Positions 28,686-38,754 are shown, numbered from the stretch's first letter. The stretch is DNA of 64,000 bases from a virus (IMGVR_UViG_3300042318_000959:5802-69801); one strand, 5' to 3'. The notes: generated from the sequence alone by a model not told the origin. Numbers and translations are program-made.

Positions 28686-29033
28686 TTACCATTCTAGTTT
28701 TTCCCAATCGCAACATTCATTTGCCATTGTGTTTAGTTGATCAATACCGTATGGTATATCGTATAGCTTAAAGTCTTTAATTTTGATTTTATATTTCGAT
28801 CCTTCTAAATCGCCATTTATTTTTTTAAAAACCCAGTCTATTAATTCACACTCATCTGTGCAAAGTATGTTGTAAAACATCTGAGAGTGTTTCAGCTTAT
28901 CTCTATCTAATTCATTACCTACTCCAAATTTCTTGTTTAGGTAATATAAGTCAGCATTAATTAATATATCTTTTTCAAATTTATCAAAATAATTTTCCTG
29001 ACTTAGTTCTAAGTAATTTTCTTGCCCTGCCAT
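28686..29033 (-). CDS. Hypothetical protein
   Basis: 115 aa, tightly packed. Confidence 0.6.
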   Translation of the reverse strand: MAGQENYLELSQENYFDKFEKDILINADLYYLNKKFGVGNELDRDKLKHSQMFYNILCTDECELIDWVFKKINGDLEGSKYKIKIKDFKLYDIPYGIDQLNTMANECCDWEKLEW

Positions 29034-29034
29034 A

Positions 29035-29583
29035 TTATATACAGTCTAAACATTCTCCAAATCCTTTTAGTAGAGATTTTGCTTCTGAAAAAAATCTATC
29101 TGCTTTTACAATATCTCCTACTTTTGCGTGTGATTTAGCTACTTTTATTAGCCAATCAATATCATATACTTTTTCCCTAAAACTTTTATCGTTTTTAGAA
29201 TACTCAAACCCGTGTTTTATTATTACTTTTGATAGTTCTAATTCTGTCCTGTCTGTTTTTAAATAGTACTTGGTTTTTTCAAAATTACTATACCCACTTT
29301 TTAAGCATATTGTATAAACTCCATCTGGAAGATCGGCATATACTTCATCTTTACAGTCGTTTGTAAAACATGTTATTCCAAGATTATGGCTATTGAAAGA
29401 TGCTATGGCTTTTTTCTTAAAAGAAAATGTAAATGCTTTTTTTGATCCAGGTAGTGTTATTAGTATATTTGCCGGTAAAGTTTCTGCATGTACCCAGTCA
29501 CTGTTATCTCCTATCCAAAGTGTCTGTACTGTTGATTGTATTACATCAAAGTCTATTTTTATCTCTCCTATTACTTGTGGCAT
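29035..29583 (-). CDS. Hypothetical structural protein
   Basis: 182 aa with DLPDGVYTI motif, tightly packed. Confidence 0.6.
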   Translation of the reverse strand: MPQVIGEIKIDFDVIQSTVQTLWIGDNSDWVHAETLPANILITLPGSKKAFTFSFKKKAIASFNSHNLGITCFTNDCKDEVYADLPDGVYTICLKSGYSNFEKTKYYLKTDRTELELSKVIIKHGFEYSKNDKSFREKVYDIDWLIKVAKSHAKVGDIVKADRFFSEAKSLLKGFGECLDCI

Positions 29584-29642
29584 TGGTTTTTTTATTTATT
29601 AGTTATATTCTATTTAATGCAGAGTCTTTTATTTGCTGTTTT

Positions 29643-30599
29643 TTAAGGTGCACAGATATAAGTACCATTAATATACATTTTACTATTGGTAGTAAATGTA
29701 ACTGGAGTTCCTTGAATTAATAAACTTTCAATTAAAGGTTTAGGGGTTGCTGTAGTTTCTTTTAGCCAATGTAAGTCTAACACTAAAGAGTTAGGTAAGT
29801 GGTCAGCAACCATTTGTATGTGACCATTTAATTCATCAGGGGGTAATGTTGTATTAACCCAAGACCATGCAGAAAAATGATTTGCTGCTGTAGGTATAGG
29901 TAAAAATGGAAGTTCTGTTTTAAACTGCCCTGTACCAAAATTGGTAACAGTTGACAAATCTATAACAATATTGAATGAAACCATTTGCCCAAATCTTACA
30001 TAATAAGAATTGTATGTGGGATAAGTAGCGTCAGTTCCTGTAAAAACTAATCCTGTAGCTTGAAATATAGGAGACCATCTAACTGCTACTTCTGCTCTTG
30101 AATATATTAAAACCCAAACAGCGGCTCCTTCTGTATTAGCAGTACATAAATAAATATCTCCATTATCTAATATCCATCTACTGTCAGGTACAAATCCTCT
30201 AGTAGAATCATCATTAGCTCCTGGGGTAAGTGTAAAGTTATACTTTACTTCACGAATAGTGAATCCATCTTGTTGTAGAACATACTGTCTTCCTGCTTCC
30301 CATTTTAATTCGTAATCTATAGAACATACCTGAGCAATACCACCATTACCTCCATTGTAACTGTTAGTGGTTCCTTTTTGTAATCTTGAACCATTATCAA
30401 AAGTTACTTTAGCAGTATCAAGTAATTCAATATTATTTGTAGTTGTATTACCTTCAGTTGTAACTTCTTGTAAGTCTTGTGAACCTGCTCCTCCTGTTTC
30501 AATATCATCTACTATTTTTGTTAATGCTTCGACTTCCTCTGGGAGTCTCCACCAGTTAACTTTTGGCTCTAGTGGGAATTTATTTTTTTGACTTTTCAT
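29643..30599 (-). CDS. Putative tail fibre/spike-like protein
   Basis: 318 aa with DLQEVTTEGNTT and IYLCTANTEGAAVW motifs of the type seen in fibre proteins. Confidence 0.55.
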   Translation of the reverse strand: MKSQKNKFPLEPKVNWWRLPEEVEALTKIVDDIETGGAGSQDLQEVTTEGNTTTNNIELLDTAKVTFDNGSRLQKGTTNSYNGGNGGIAQVCSIDYELKWEAGRQYVLQQDGFTIREVKYNFTLTPGANDDSTRGFVPDSRWILDNGDIYLCTANTEGAAVWVLIYSRAEVAVRWSPIFQATGLVFTGTDATYPTYNSYYVRFGQMVSFNIVIDLSTVTNFGTGQFKTELPFLPIPTAANHFSAWSWVNTTLPPDELNGHIQMVADHLPNSLVLDLHWLKETTATPKPLIESLLIQGTPVTFTTNSKMYINGTYICAP

Positions 30600-30602
30600 T
30601 TT

Positions 30603-31079
30603 TTAAAATATTTTATATTGAACTATTATACCCCAACTAGCTTTTTCTTCGCTTCTAATATTATAGTTTAAGCCGGTTGCCCATTTACTGTGTTCTATTA
30701 ACAAATTGCCATATGCTGTGATGCTTGATGTAGATAGTTCATTCGACCTCACTCCTGCATAGCCATGGAATTCTATTTTCTTAGGCTTTTTTAATATTTC
30801 ATTTTGTACTTGTATGTAGTCTTTTTGGCCAGATATTATATCATTGTTTATTGATACTTGATTCTCAAGATTTGTGACTACTTTCTGTAAGTTAACTATT
30901 CTATTGTCTTTCTCTTTTACTAGCTCTTTGCAAGAATCATATTTTACTAAATCTATTGCTGTAAGTCTTGCCTCTCTTTCTGATAATACTACAATGCTAT
31001 CTTTCTTCTGAGTATCTATCTGTGAAAAACTTTTGAAGCCCACTAATAGGAAGACTATCAATAACTTTAATTTGTACAT
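30603..31079 (-). CDS. Putative outer-membrane spanin component without a lipobox; C-terminal beta-strand anchor
   Basis: Signal peptide ending FKSFS|Q, a coiled coil, and four amphipathic strands ending GIIVQYKIF. It overlaps the i-spanin-like gene by 83 nt. Confidence 0.55.
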   Translation of the reverse strand: MYKLKLLIVFLLVGFKSFSQIDTQKKDSIVVLSEREARLTAIDLVKYDSCKELVKEKDNRIVNLQKVVTNLENQVSINNDIISGQKDYIQVQNEILKKPKKIEFHGYAGVRSNELSTSSITAYGNLLIEHSKWATGLNYNIRSEEKASWGIIVQYKIF

Positions 31080-31329
31080 ATTCTTTTTCTTTTATTTTTT
31101 TTATTCTATCTACTATAATAGTATCTATTTTTTTAAGCTCTGACTCTTCTTTTTTATATGTGGCTGCCTTTTTTTCTAGGCTTTCTATTTTAGTTTTTAA
31201 AGTCTCTGACTCTTTTACTAATTGATCTCTATTATTTTGATATAGTACTATTGAAAGTAGCCATATAATTATTAATGCTGATCCAAGCCATTGTTCTTTA
31301 AAAAAACTTAATACTTTAATAGTGTTCAT
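30997..31329 (-). CDS. Putative inner-membrane spanin (Rz-like)
   Basis: One N-terminal TM segment (WLGSALIIIWLLSIVLY) plus a coiled coil, directly after the endolysin. Confidence 0.65.
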   Translation of the reverse strand: MNTIKVLSFFKEQWLGSALIIIWLLSIVLYQNNRDQLVKESETLKTKIESLEKKAATYKKEESELKKIDTIIVDRIKKIKEKEYVQIKVIDSLPISGLQKFFTDRYSEER

Positions 31330-31331
31330 TT

Positions 31332-31796
31332 CTAATTTTTAATTTGGAAGTGCATCCAATCATAGTTTTTTTCTCTGCCTAAAGATTCAAACCCGTGTTT
31401 GTAAAAAATATCAATCATTGGTTTATATTCAGGTCTTGCAAATCGTGCAGTCTTTGATGTCTCTTTTAGCGTATTTCTTGCAGGGTCTAAGTCTATTGCT
31501 ATTCCCCAAGAATGTGTAGACCAAGCTGATCCACCTCTCATTTTTCTGTAGTTGAAACACCCACCAAATAAATCAATTCCTAGCTCCTTTATTTTATCAT
31601 AGCTATAAGCTTTATGTATTTCATTAAATACAGATAAAAACTTATCAGCTACTAGTTTATGACACATCATTGTATTTACTTTAGTGTCTAAATCCCAAGC
31701 AAGTCGCATAGGATATGGGAGTTGGATTTTAACTAAATACCCTGCTCCAGTTTCATTTGGAGTTCCGTATTTTTTTATTATCTGTGCTGTTGTCAT
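31332..31796 (-). CDS. Endolysin, peptidase M15 family (L-Ala-D-Glu peptidase-like)
   Basis: FNYRKMRGG...STHSWGIAID...DWMHFQ Zn-peptidase motifs. Confidence 0.9.
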   Translation of the reverse strand: MTTAQIIKKYGTPNETGAGYLVKIQLPYPMRLAWDLDTKVNTMMCHKLVADKFLSVFNEIHKAYSYDKIKELGIDLFGGCFNYRKMRGGSAWSTHSWGIAIDLDPARNTLKETSKTARFARPEYKPMIDIFYKHGFESLGREKNYDWMHFQIKN

Positions 31797-31797
31797 A

Positions 31798-32226
31798 TTA
31801 CTTTAATTCGTCTATTCCGTCTTTTAATTCCTTAGATCTTCTTAGTAAGGCTTTAAGTTTTTGAAAAATATCAACTTTAAAAGCCGCTTCAAAGTTCTCT
31901 TTCATACTAGTTAGTTCAATAAATATTATCACTATTGCTATCACCTTTGTAAAAAAGAATGGTATACTAAACCATATCTTAAAGAACTCCCCTAATAAAA
32001 ATTTATCAATTGTGTATAGTAATAGTATTGCTGATTGGTATAGTACAAATTTTGATACTATGTTACTAAGTTTTCTTGATGTAACTTTATCTTTTAATAT
32101 TACTGCCTTTGCTATCCCAAGTATTGTGTCTAAAGCAATGGCAACGCCAACTGCTACTAGTATTCCAACCACTGGTGCAAAAAACATTAATAATGATGTC
32201 CCTATATAAAATGCATAAGTTTTCAT
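31798..32226 (-). CDS. Holin (phage holin 4/TcdE-like)
   Basis: Several TM segments, a DTILG..KA......SRK motif and a basic C-terminus; precedes the endolysin. Confidence 0.8.
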   Translation of the reverse strand: MKTYAFYIGTSLLMFFAPVVGILVAVGVAIALDTILGIAKAVILKDKVTSRKLSNIVSKFVLYQSAILLLYTIDKFLLGEFFKIWFSIPFFFTKVIAIVIIFIELTSMKENFEAAFKVDIFQKLKALLRRSKELKDGIDELK

Positions 32227-32267
32227 TTTTTGTTTTTTTTATTCTATTGTATATAGAGTTAGATTAT

Positions 32268-32296
32268 AAAAAAAGGGAGGAGTAATGCTCCTCCCT
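32268..32296 (-). terminator. Rho-independent terminator
   Basis: AGGGAGGAG-CATTA-CTCCTCCCT plus T-run on the minus strand. Confidence 0.9.
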
Positions 32297-32309
32297 GATT
32301 ATTTTTAGA

Positions 32310-34004
32310 TTACGGTATCACCACTGGTGTAGGATAAGCTTCTACAGTAGGTAATCCTGCTGCGGTTGCTAAGTCGTTGATTAACTCTTCGACTCCTTGG
32401 TACTTACAAGCATCTACTAAGATGTGGTAGTCGATGTTCTCTACTACTTCTCCTGAGAATGATTGTGCAAATCTATTTGTTCTAATTCTGATAGAATAAT
32501 CTACGTATTGTGTAGTTGGTTTCAAGTGTGATTCTTGTCCTAGTACTAATTTACCGTAGTTGTTTCCTGCCAATCTCTGACGATTTTCAAAATATACTCT
32601 GGTACGCTCTTCTAAATCATAGAATTGTCCACCTACTGCTTCTGGTTCTGTTCCAATTGAAAGTAATTTCACTGCAAATCTTCCGTTGCTTCCAGCACTA
32701 AATGATTCTGAAACTGCTCCTGGAGCTGCATTTGCAACAGATATTCTTGTAGATGAGTATACGAATGGTAAATCATCTCTGTATTCTTCTGATCCTGCAA
32801 AGATATTAACTTTTGATTTCAAATGAATACCCATTTTTGCTGTTCCACTATAAGTTACTGCTGCTGCTTCCCAAGCTACAAATTCGTAAGGCTCTGGTGC
32901 AGATGCAACAAATAAATCTCTTAGGATTGGTGAACACTCTTCTGATACTACGTCAGTAAGTACTGTAGTAGTATATACGGTTTGACATGCTGTAGATGTA
33001 CCTGCTGTAATTGTCAATTGTGGATAAGCTGCTTGTAGTTCTGAAGTTTTAGGATCTCCACAGTTATCGTCTGCTAATTGCAAAGTATATGTTTTTGCTA
33101 TTGCTTTTCCTGTTGCTCCTGCAATCCATTCAATAGCTGTAGTGACATCTGTACAATCTGGTGCTCCTGCACAATCAGAATCTTGTGATGTAATTGTTTG
33201 CACAAAATCTGCCAATACTGTAGCTGTAGGTGCTAAGATTACATACTTAGATACTCCTCCACCTGCTCCTACTGAAAAAGATTCTCTTTTTACTAAGTGT
33301 GCTGGGTATTGAGCTTGAACTAATGCTAACGCACTTGCATTTCCAGCATCTTGAACTGACAAGCTTGAGAATGTATAAGCTGTACCTGTAACTGTACCTG
33401 GGTTAGTGCTGTTTACTGGAGTAATGTCGATATAATCTGTAATTGGAACTCCTCCTGATAATGTTATATCTTTTAATCTTTCTACTCCTTTTTCTACAAT
33501 TTCATGCATTGTAAATGTTCCTGTGTTTGGTGCCTCTAAGTAAAGTTTTACTGTAACTTTTGCTTCTGGGTATCCTAACATACCAATTGCTTCTCCAGAT
33601 AATGTAATATCAATTACCTCATTATCACCGTTGCTTAATACAATTGCTGTATCGTTGTTAATACCGTCATATCCGATGATAAACTCATCTACAGATACTC
33701 CTAGTTTTGGTGCGTTTACTTTAATGTCTACAATCTCTGAAAGTTTGAAAGGCATTGAAGAATATGCTTTGTTAGATTGTGAACGAGTTGGTGTTAAAGG
33801 TGCGATACCTAATTTCAACTCAAATAATCTGTCTTTTGGTGTTGCTGGAAAAGTGTCAACTACTGCCATACCTAGTGCAGATGGTGTAGCTCCTTTATCA
33901 ACAATACCAAACTGTCCTTTTGCTAATCTTGTAGAATAGCCATTATTCATTACTAAACCTTCGTTAGTAACAAATAAAATTGTTTGTGGTGCGTGACTTG
34001 CCAT
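32310..34004 (-). CDS. Abundant virion structural protein (auxiliary capsid/head decoration-like)
   Basis: 564 aa, Thr/Ala-rich, three genes downstream of the MCP and followed by a strong terminator. Function inferred from position. Confidence 0.5.
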   Translation of the reverse strand: MASHAPQTILFVTNEGLVMNNGYSTRLAKGQFGIVDKGATPSALGMAVVDTFPATPKDRLFELKLGIAPLTPTRSQSNKAYSSMPFKLSEIVDIKVNAPKLGVSVDEFIIGYDGINNDTAIVLSNGDNEVIDITLSGEAIGMLGYPEAKVTVKLYLEAPNTGTFTMHEIVEKGVERLKDITLSGGVPITDYIDITPVNSTNPGTVTGTAYTFSSLSVQDAGNASALALVQAQYPAHLVKRESFSVGAGGGVSKYVILAPTATVLADFVQTITSQDSDCAGAPDCTDVTTAIEWIAGATGKAIAKTYTLQLADDNCGDPKTSELQAAYPQLTITAGTSTACQTVYTTTVLTDVVSEECSPILRDLFVASAPEPYEFVAWEAAAVTYSGTAKMGIHLKSKVNIFAGSEEYRDDLPFVYSSTRISVANAAPGAVSESFSAGSNGRFAVKLLSIGTEPEAVGGQFYDLEERTRVYFENRQRLAGNNYGKLVLGQESHLKPTTQYVDYSIRIRTNRFAQSFSGEVVENIDYHILVDACKYQGVEELINDLATAAGLPTVEAYPTPVVIP

Positions 34005-34046
34005 TTTTAATTTTAATTTTAGTTATTATTTATTTATTTATTGTTA

Positions 34047-34712
34047 TTATACTTTTTGTAAAGCCCTTTGCATATCAATTTGATATTTTGGGTCTGATCT
34101 ATTTCCTTCAAATATACTTGCTGCCATTGAAATAATTCTATCTAAGAATTTGTCATCAAATTCTGGTGCAAATAACTCATTAAACGGGCTTTCGGGATCA
34201 TCTTCTACTACTGTTCTTATTTGTACTGGGTATCGGTAATAAGATAAGAATAATTCATCATTAGAAAAACAATCTTTGTAAACATGTAGTTTATTTGAAG
34301 CTATTGAAAATGGTGCTTCTCTGGCTATAAAAGAGGGCTTATTAAATTCGTCTTGTAGTATCTCTACTTTATTGTCATCTTTTATTTCGTATAGACTAAT
34401 TTTTTGGTCTTTACAAGTACTGTTAGATGCTTTTGTGTAAGCAGAAGAAAGATCGAAATAATCTTTTGGTAGTGAAAAAGTATCTGCATATTCTACAGAT
34501 GCTGTTTTTAATATTTTGTAGTTTGAGACTAGTATTTGTTGTATGTATCTACTCTCATCATTTTTTTTATTGTCTAAGATGTATTCTATCATCTTATTCT
34601 GAGCTTCGTTAAATGTAACTACAAATCTTCCTCTATCTCCGGCAACATTTGAGTTTTCAAAGTTGTCATTTACTTTTAGTAAAAATTTTATATAAGTTTG
34701 TTCTGTAGTCAT
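34047..34712 (-). CDS. Head-tail connector/ring protein
   Basis: FNEAQ...LPKDY...YYRYP pattern of crAss-like ring proteins. Confidence 0.55.
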   Translation of the reverse strand: MTTEQTYIKFLLKVNDNFENSNVAGDRGRFVVTFNEAQNKMIEYILDNKKNDESRYIQQILVSNYKILKTASVEYADTFSLPKDYFDLSSAYTKASNSTCKDQKISLYEIKDDNKVEILQDEFNKPSFIAREAPFSIASNKLHVYKDCFSNDELFLSYYRYPVQIRTVVEDDPESPFNELFAPEFDDKFLDRIISMAASIFEGNRSDPKYQIDMQRALQKV

Positions 34713-34721
34713 TTCCTATTT

Positions 34722-34746
34722 AAAAAGGGGGTAATTAAATACCCCC
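34722..34746 (-). terminator. Rho-independent terminator
   Basis: GGGGGTA-loop-TACCCCC plus TTTTT on the minus strand. Confidence 0.8.
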
Positions 34747-34755
34747 GTATTTATG

Positions 34756-35727
34756 TTACTCAAGAAGTCCTGTAAAAATCTGTTTTAGTTCTTTGTCTTC
34801 TTTTACTTTCCTAGCAGCATTTTTCCAGCCGCTTTCAACAAAGACATCATCTATCCAGATTTCTCCTTTTTTATTTTTTACTTTACCTTTGATGTAAAGT
34901 TCTTTTAGTTTTGAGTGGATAAAAATTTCTTCTTCTCCTTCTTCGGTCTGGTACCTTTCTACTGTCTCAATAAAGATTTTATCATTTTGATATTTATCTT
35001 CTTTTGATTTGATAAAGTTACCGAATATTGTGTATAGTACTGCGTCTTCTGTAGCATTTGTAGCACTAATTCCTAAGTAGTCTAATACTCTTATTAATCC
35101 TTCTCTGTCTGTGCTTAACAAATTATAAAATAAGGCTGATGCTTTAGCTTGTCTCATTTCTTTTTCTGCTTCTCTACTAACCGAACTGTCTTTATCTACT
35201 ATACAGTACATTGAGATTGGCTGCTTAAACTCTGGGTGTGACTCCATATGTTTAGGTGTAACTCTTTTGTGGATAAGTAGTAAGTATAGTCTAAGTAAGT
35301 CTTCTGCCTTTGCAGTATCAAACACTTTACCTCTTTGTAAATCAATTCTGAAAGAGTCCCAGAATCTGTTATTACTTGAATTTTGATCTAGGACATTTTC
35401 TCCTTTTTCTTCTTCAATAGGTTTTATTATGTTTTCTTTTAGTGCTTTTAGTGCAGCTACTCTAATCTCTGGTTGAATTGCTCTCATAAAAGAGCTTGAA
35501 GTTGGATATAAACCCGTATCCCAAATACCTCGTTCTCTATCAAAAACGGCCCCTGGAAATGTGTCAACTACGGTGTCGCTTAACACTTTTGTTGTATTAT
35601 ATTCCTTAAATCCATCTGGTGCAGATGTATCTAACTTTTCTTTTATTTCATACAATGTATTTTTTTTAATCTCAAAGTCGTAGATCTTCAATATTACATT
35701 GTCTGTATCTTTGCTTTTTACTGCCAT
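34756..35727 (-). CDS. Conserved hypothetical protein downstream of the MCP
   Basis: 323 aa, charged, with its own promoter. Confidence 0.7.
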   Translation of the reverse strand: MAVKSKDTDNVILKIYDFEIKKNTLYEIKEKLDTSAPDGFKEYNTTKVLSDTVVDTFPGAVFDRERGIWDTGLYPTSSSFMRAIQPEIRVAALKALKENIIKPIEEEKGENVLDQNSSNNRFWDSFRIDLQRGKVFDTAKAEDLLRLYLLLIHKRVTPKHMESHPEFKQPISMYCIVDKDSSVSREAEKEMRQAKASALFYNLLSTDREGLIRVLDYLGISATNATEDAVLYTIFGNFIKSKEDKYQNDKIFIETVERYQTEEGEEEIFIHSKLKELYIKGKVKNKKGEIWIDDVFVESGWKNAARKVKEDKELKQIFTGLLE

Positions 35728-35797
35728 AATACTTTAGTTTTGGTTACTTAACTTTTTTCTGTGTTGGGTTGTATTCTTTGGTTGGTTAATTCTTATG

Positions 35798-35829
35798 CAA
35801 AATTACAAATTTAATTCGTTATCTGCAAA
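35798..35829 (-). promoter_or_regulatory. Bacteroidota-type promoter
   Basis: TTTG-N20-TAATTTTG on the minus strand. Confidence 0.7.
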
Positions 35830-35842
35830 TTCGTTAAATTTC

Positions 35843-35867
35843 CTACCCCACCAATCTAGGTGAGGTA
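35843..35867 (-). terminator. Hairpin after the MCP gene (terminator or stabiliser)
   Basis: TACC.CACC/GGTG.GGTA stem with a weak T-tract. Confidence 0.4.
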
Positions 35868-35889
35868 AGAACTATTTAACTATTTAATC

Positions 35890-37584
35890 TTAGTTGAAAC
35901 CTTTTCTTCCAGCTTCGTCTAATTCAATCATTACAAAACGAGTTAAATCTCTAACGTGAATATCTGCGATATTAAATGCCCAGAACTCTTGTCCGATTTG
36001 TTTCATAGATGACATTACGTCTCCTGCTTTTCTGTAATCGTAACGTCCATTTGTTGTACCCCAGTAAGTCATCTCACCTTGTGGTTTAACTAAATAGATG
36101 TTAGCTCCAGAGTTACCACCTTCTACTAATGTAGATCCTTTTGGTAATGCTTTGTTGTTTGAATACATTTGATCCTCAACATCCCAAATAACCATTGAGT
36201 AAGCAGTTGGTGATAAGTTCTCTGGGTGGAAACCACCTGCTAAACGATCAACACCTTCCATCATGTTCAATGATGTATCTTCTTCAATTTCTACGCTTCC
36301 AATTCCTGGAATGAATACTTTTGTAAAACGGATTGGCACATACTCCAAGTTAAATGGATCATTTCCACGAACTGGATTCGGGATAGTTCTTTCTGTACCT
36401 AAGAATGTATTCAATGATGCGTTTTGTGAGTTCACCTCGTCAGAGAAAATCTCTAGGATATTTTGGTATGCATATTTACCACATTTGAATTTCAAACGTC
36501 TTTCAACATCTTGTTTGAATGGGTTAATACGGAATACATATTCTGCAGCTTCTTTTAAGTGATCACGAGTGATTCCGCCTGGACGACCATACTTAACAAG
36601 TTTTCCACGTCTCAATTGGTGCCATAAACCTTCGTTTAATCTAGCAACTCCATTTGAATCACGAACTGTAGCAGCACGTTGAAATAAAAGTTTTTGTGCG
36701 GTCAATCTTTCAAGCTCTCTCATTGTCAAGAACTCCATTGTAGCTCCGATTTTTGCATTTTTCATATCTGGAACTTTTTTACCACCTTTGGTAACTAAGT
36801 TTGTCAATACTGCATAATCGTTACCTCCAAATTCTGATTGTAATTTATCTAAGTATGATTTAGATTGTGCATCTGCTCCAGAAAATGATTTAGAGTCAGC
36901 CATACCAGTGATATAAGCCTCAACCCCTGATGCAGAACCCAAACGGAATTCACATCTCATTGTTCCTACTGTATCTGGTAAGTCAAAGTGAGAGAAGTTA
37001 GTTCCTCTTTCTCCTAGGATAGCATGACCTACTTTAAAGTATTGGATACCTTTAGCTAAGTTTGATGCTAAGAACCAAGTGCTCTTGTCATTGTCTGCCA
37101 ATTTAACTGTGTGTTCAAATCCTTCTCCAACAGATACTACAGGCTCTTCACCAGAAACGATGATTTGTTGTCCGTAATATTTATCATTTGCTAATACATC
37201 TCCAGTTGTAAAAGCTCTGTTCAAGATAATCTTGAAAGTACTTCCATCAACTCCAGGATATGCTTGTCCAGAAGTATCACGAGTAGTATAACATCCTTTG
37301 TATTCTTCTACAGCGATGTCGTAAGTGAAACCTCCGTCCCATCCATTAACTTCAAGGATAGCTTTGTTTTGTAATAATTCTCTAAGAATACCGTAGCTTC
37401 TTACTGCTTGTTTACCCCATAAGTTCATCAAACCTAAGTGATGCTTGTTTGGGTCTTCTTTGTACCATGAGTAAAGTGAAGGTAAGTCTTGTGCTCCACC
37501 GATTGAAGAAACTGTTTTCTTGTCTGTGAACATTATTACTTGGTCTCCATTTACAACGAAAGGAATGTTTTGTTGTGTTACCAT
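35890..37584 (-). CDS. Major capsid protein (crAss-like HK97 fold)
   Basis: 564 aa following the portal and an acidic scaffold. Strongly biased high-expression codons (CGT, AAC, TTC). NEGLWHQL motif. Confidence 0.8.
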   Translation of the reverse strand: MVTQQNIPFVVNGDQVIMFTDKKTVSSIGGAQDLPSLYSWYKEDPNKHHLGLMNLWGKQAVRSYGILRELLQNKAILEVNGWDGGFTYDIAVEEYKGCYTTRDTSGQAYPGVDGSTFKIILNRAFTTGDVLANDKYYGQQIIVSGEEPVVSVGEGFEHTVKLADNDKSTWFLASNLAKGIQYFKVGHAILGERGTNFSHFDLPDTVGTMRCEFRLGSASGVEAYITGMADSKSFSGADAQSKSYLDKLQSEFGGNDYAVLTNLVTKGGKKVPDMKNAKIGATMEFLTMRELERLTAQKLLFQRAATVRDSNGVARLNEGLWHQLRRGKLVKYGRPGGITRDHLKEAAEYVFRINPFKQDVERRLKFKCGKYAYQNILEIFSDEVNSQNASLNTFLGTERTIPNPVRGNDPFNLEYVPIRFTKVFIPGIGSVEIEEDTSLNMMEGVDRLAGGFHPENLSPTAYSMVIWDVEDQMYSNNKALPKGSTLVEGGNSGANIYLVKPQGEMTYWGTTNGRYDYRKAGDVMSSMKQIGQEFWAFNIADIHVRDLTRFVMIELDEAGRKGFN

Positions 37585-37614
37585 TTTTAATTTAATTTAA
37601 TTTATTGTTTATTT

Positions 37615-38754
37615 TTAATCGAAATTCAATGTTTCAAGAGCTGATATTGCTGATGTTTCCTCTTGTTTTGTTCTCGAAACTTTTGTAGTATCTTGTACAA
37701 TTTTAATCTTTTTAAGATTTTCTAGTTGTACATTTTTCTTAGTTTCTGATGTCACCCTCTTAATATAGGTATCTTTATCTAACATAAACTGGATAAGCTC
37801 TCTTGCTTTTTTTGGATCATTCATCCACTCTTCATATATGTTGTCAATCTCAAAAGATCCATTTTGGTCTTTCTTTGTAGCAACATCTACAAATTTTCTA
37901 GTCAAACTTTCTGAAACGCCCTCTGTTTTAAATTCTTGGGCTAGTCCTTTTCTATATTCTTTTATTCTTTCTTGCTCTTCTTTCTGATCTTCAATTAGCT
38001 CTTGTTCTTTATTTTCAAGACCTTTGTAGAATTGCTGTCTTTGATATTCTACTATTTTTTGTGCCTTAACATCTAGTGTTAAGTCCTTCTTAGACGCTTC
38101 TACTAATGCTCTTGCTTCTGAATTACTGTGGCCCATTACTTTTTGGTAGTACCACCCTAATACATCCGTGTTATGTGCGTCATTATCTTCATCGTATCCT
38201 TGGAAAGGCTCTTTTAATGAATCTGGATTTTCAAACAATGCTTTGGCTAACTCAAGATCTCCGCTTTTAACTATGTTGATAAGACGTTTTTTAACTTCGT
38301 CTAATCCATCAACTTCAACGTATTTAGACTTAAATTCTTCAGCCTTTTGATCTTTGATAGCTCTCTCTAAGTTTTTAAATGTGTCTTTATCCACATTATC
38401 CAGCTCTGAAAGTAGTTTTTCTGTGCCGTCTTCTGTTTCAATCAGTACGTCTTCCCATTCTCCAGAATCTAGCCTATCCTTAATAATATCAAAATAAACT
38501 GCATCTGTGTTATTGAAAGATATTTTTTCTTCCTTCTCTTCTTTTTTTGGAGTCTCTTTTTTCTCTGGTATAATAACTTTTTCTTCTTTTTCTAGATCTA
38601 AGTTATCTACCTTATCTTCATCCTCATTAGTATCTTCTGATAAATCAATGTCTACTTCTTCCTTCTTTGGATTTTCTCCGTCCTCTAGTGAAAAGTCATT
38701 GAATTCTAATAATTGTTCAAATGACAGTTCTTGTTGGTTTTGTTCTGTTTTCAT
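37615..38754 (-). CDS. Putative scaffolding protein
   Basis: Highly acidic and helical 379 aa between portal and MCP. Confidence 0.6.
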   Translation of the reverse strand: MKTEQNQQELSFEQLLEFNDFSLEDGENPKKEEVDIDLSEDTNEDEDKVDNLDLEKEEKVIIPEKKETPKKEEKEEKISFNNTDAVYFDIIKDRLDSGEWEDVLIETEDGTEKLLSELDNVDKDTFKNLERAIKDQKAEEFKSKYVEVDGLDEVKKRLINIVKSGDLELAKALFENPDSLKEPFQGYDEDNDAHNTDVLGWYYQKVMGHSNSEARALVEASKKDLTLDVKAQKIVEYQRQQFYKGLENKEQELIEDQKEEQERIKEYRKGLAQEFKTEGVSESLTRKFVDVATKKDQNGSFEIDNIYEEWMNDPKKARELIQFMLDKDTYIKRVTSETKKNVQLENLKKIKIVQDTTKVSRTKQEETSAISALETLNFD

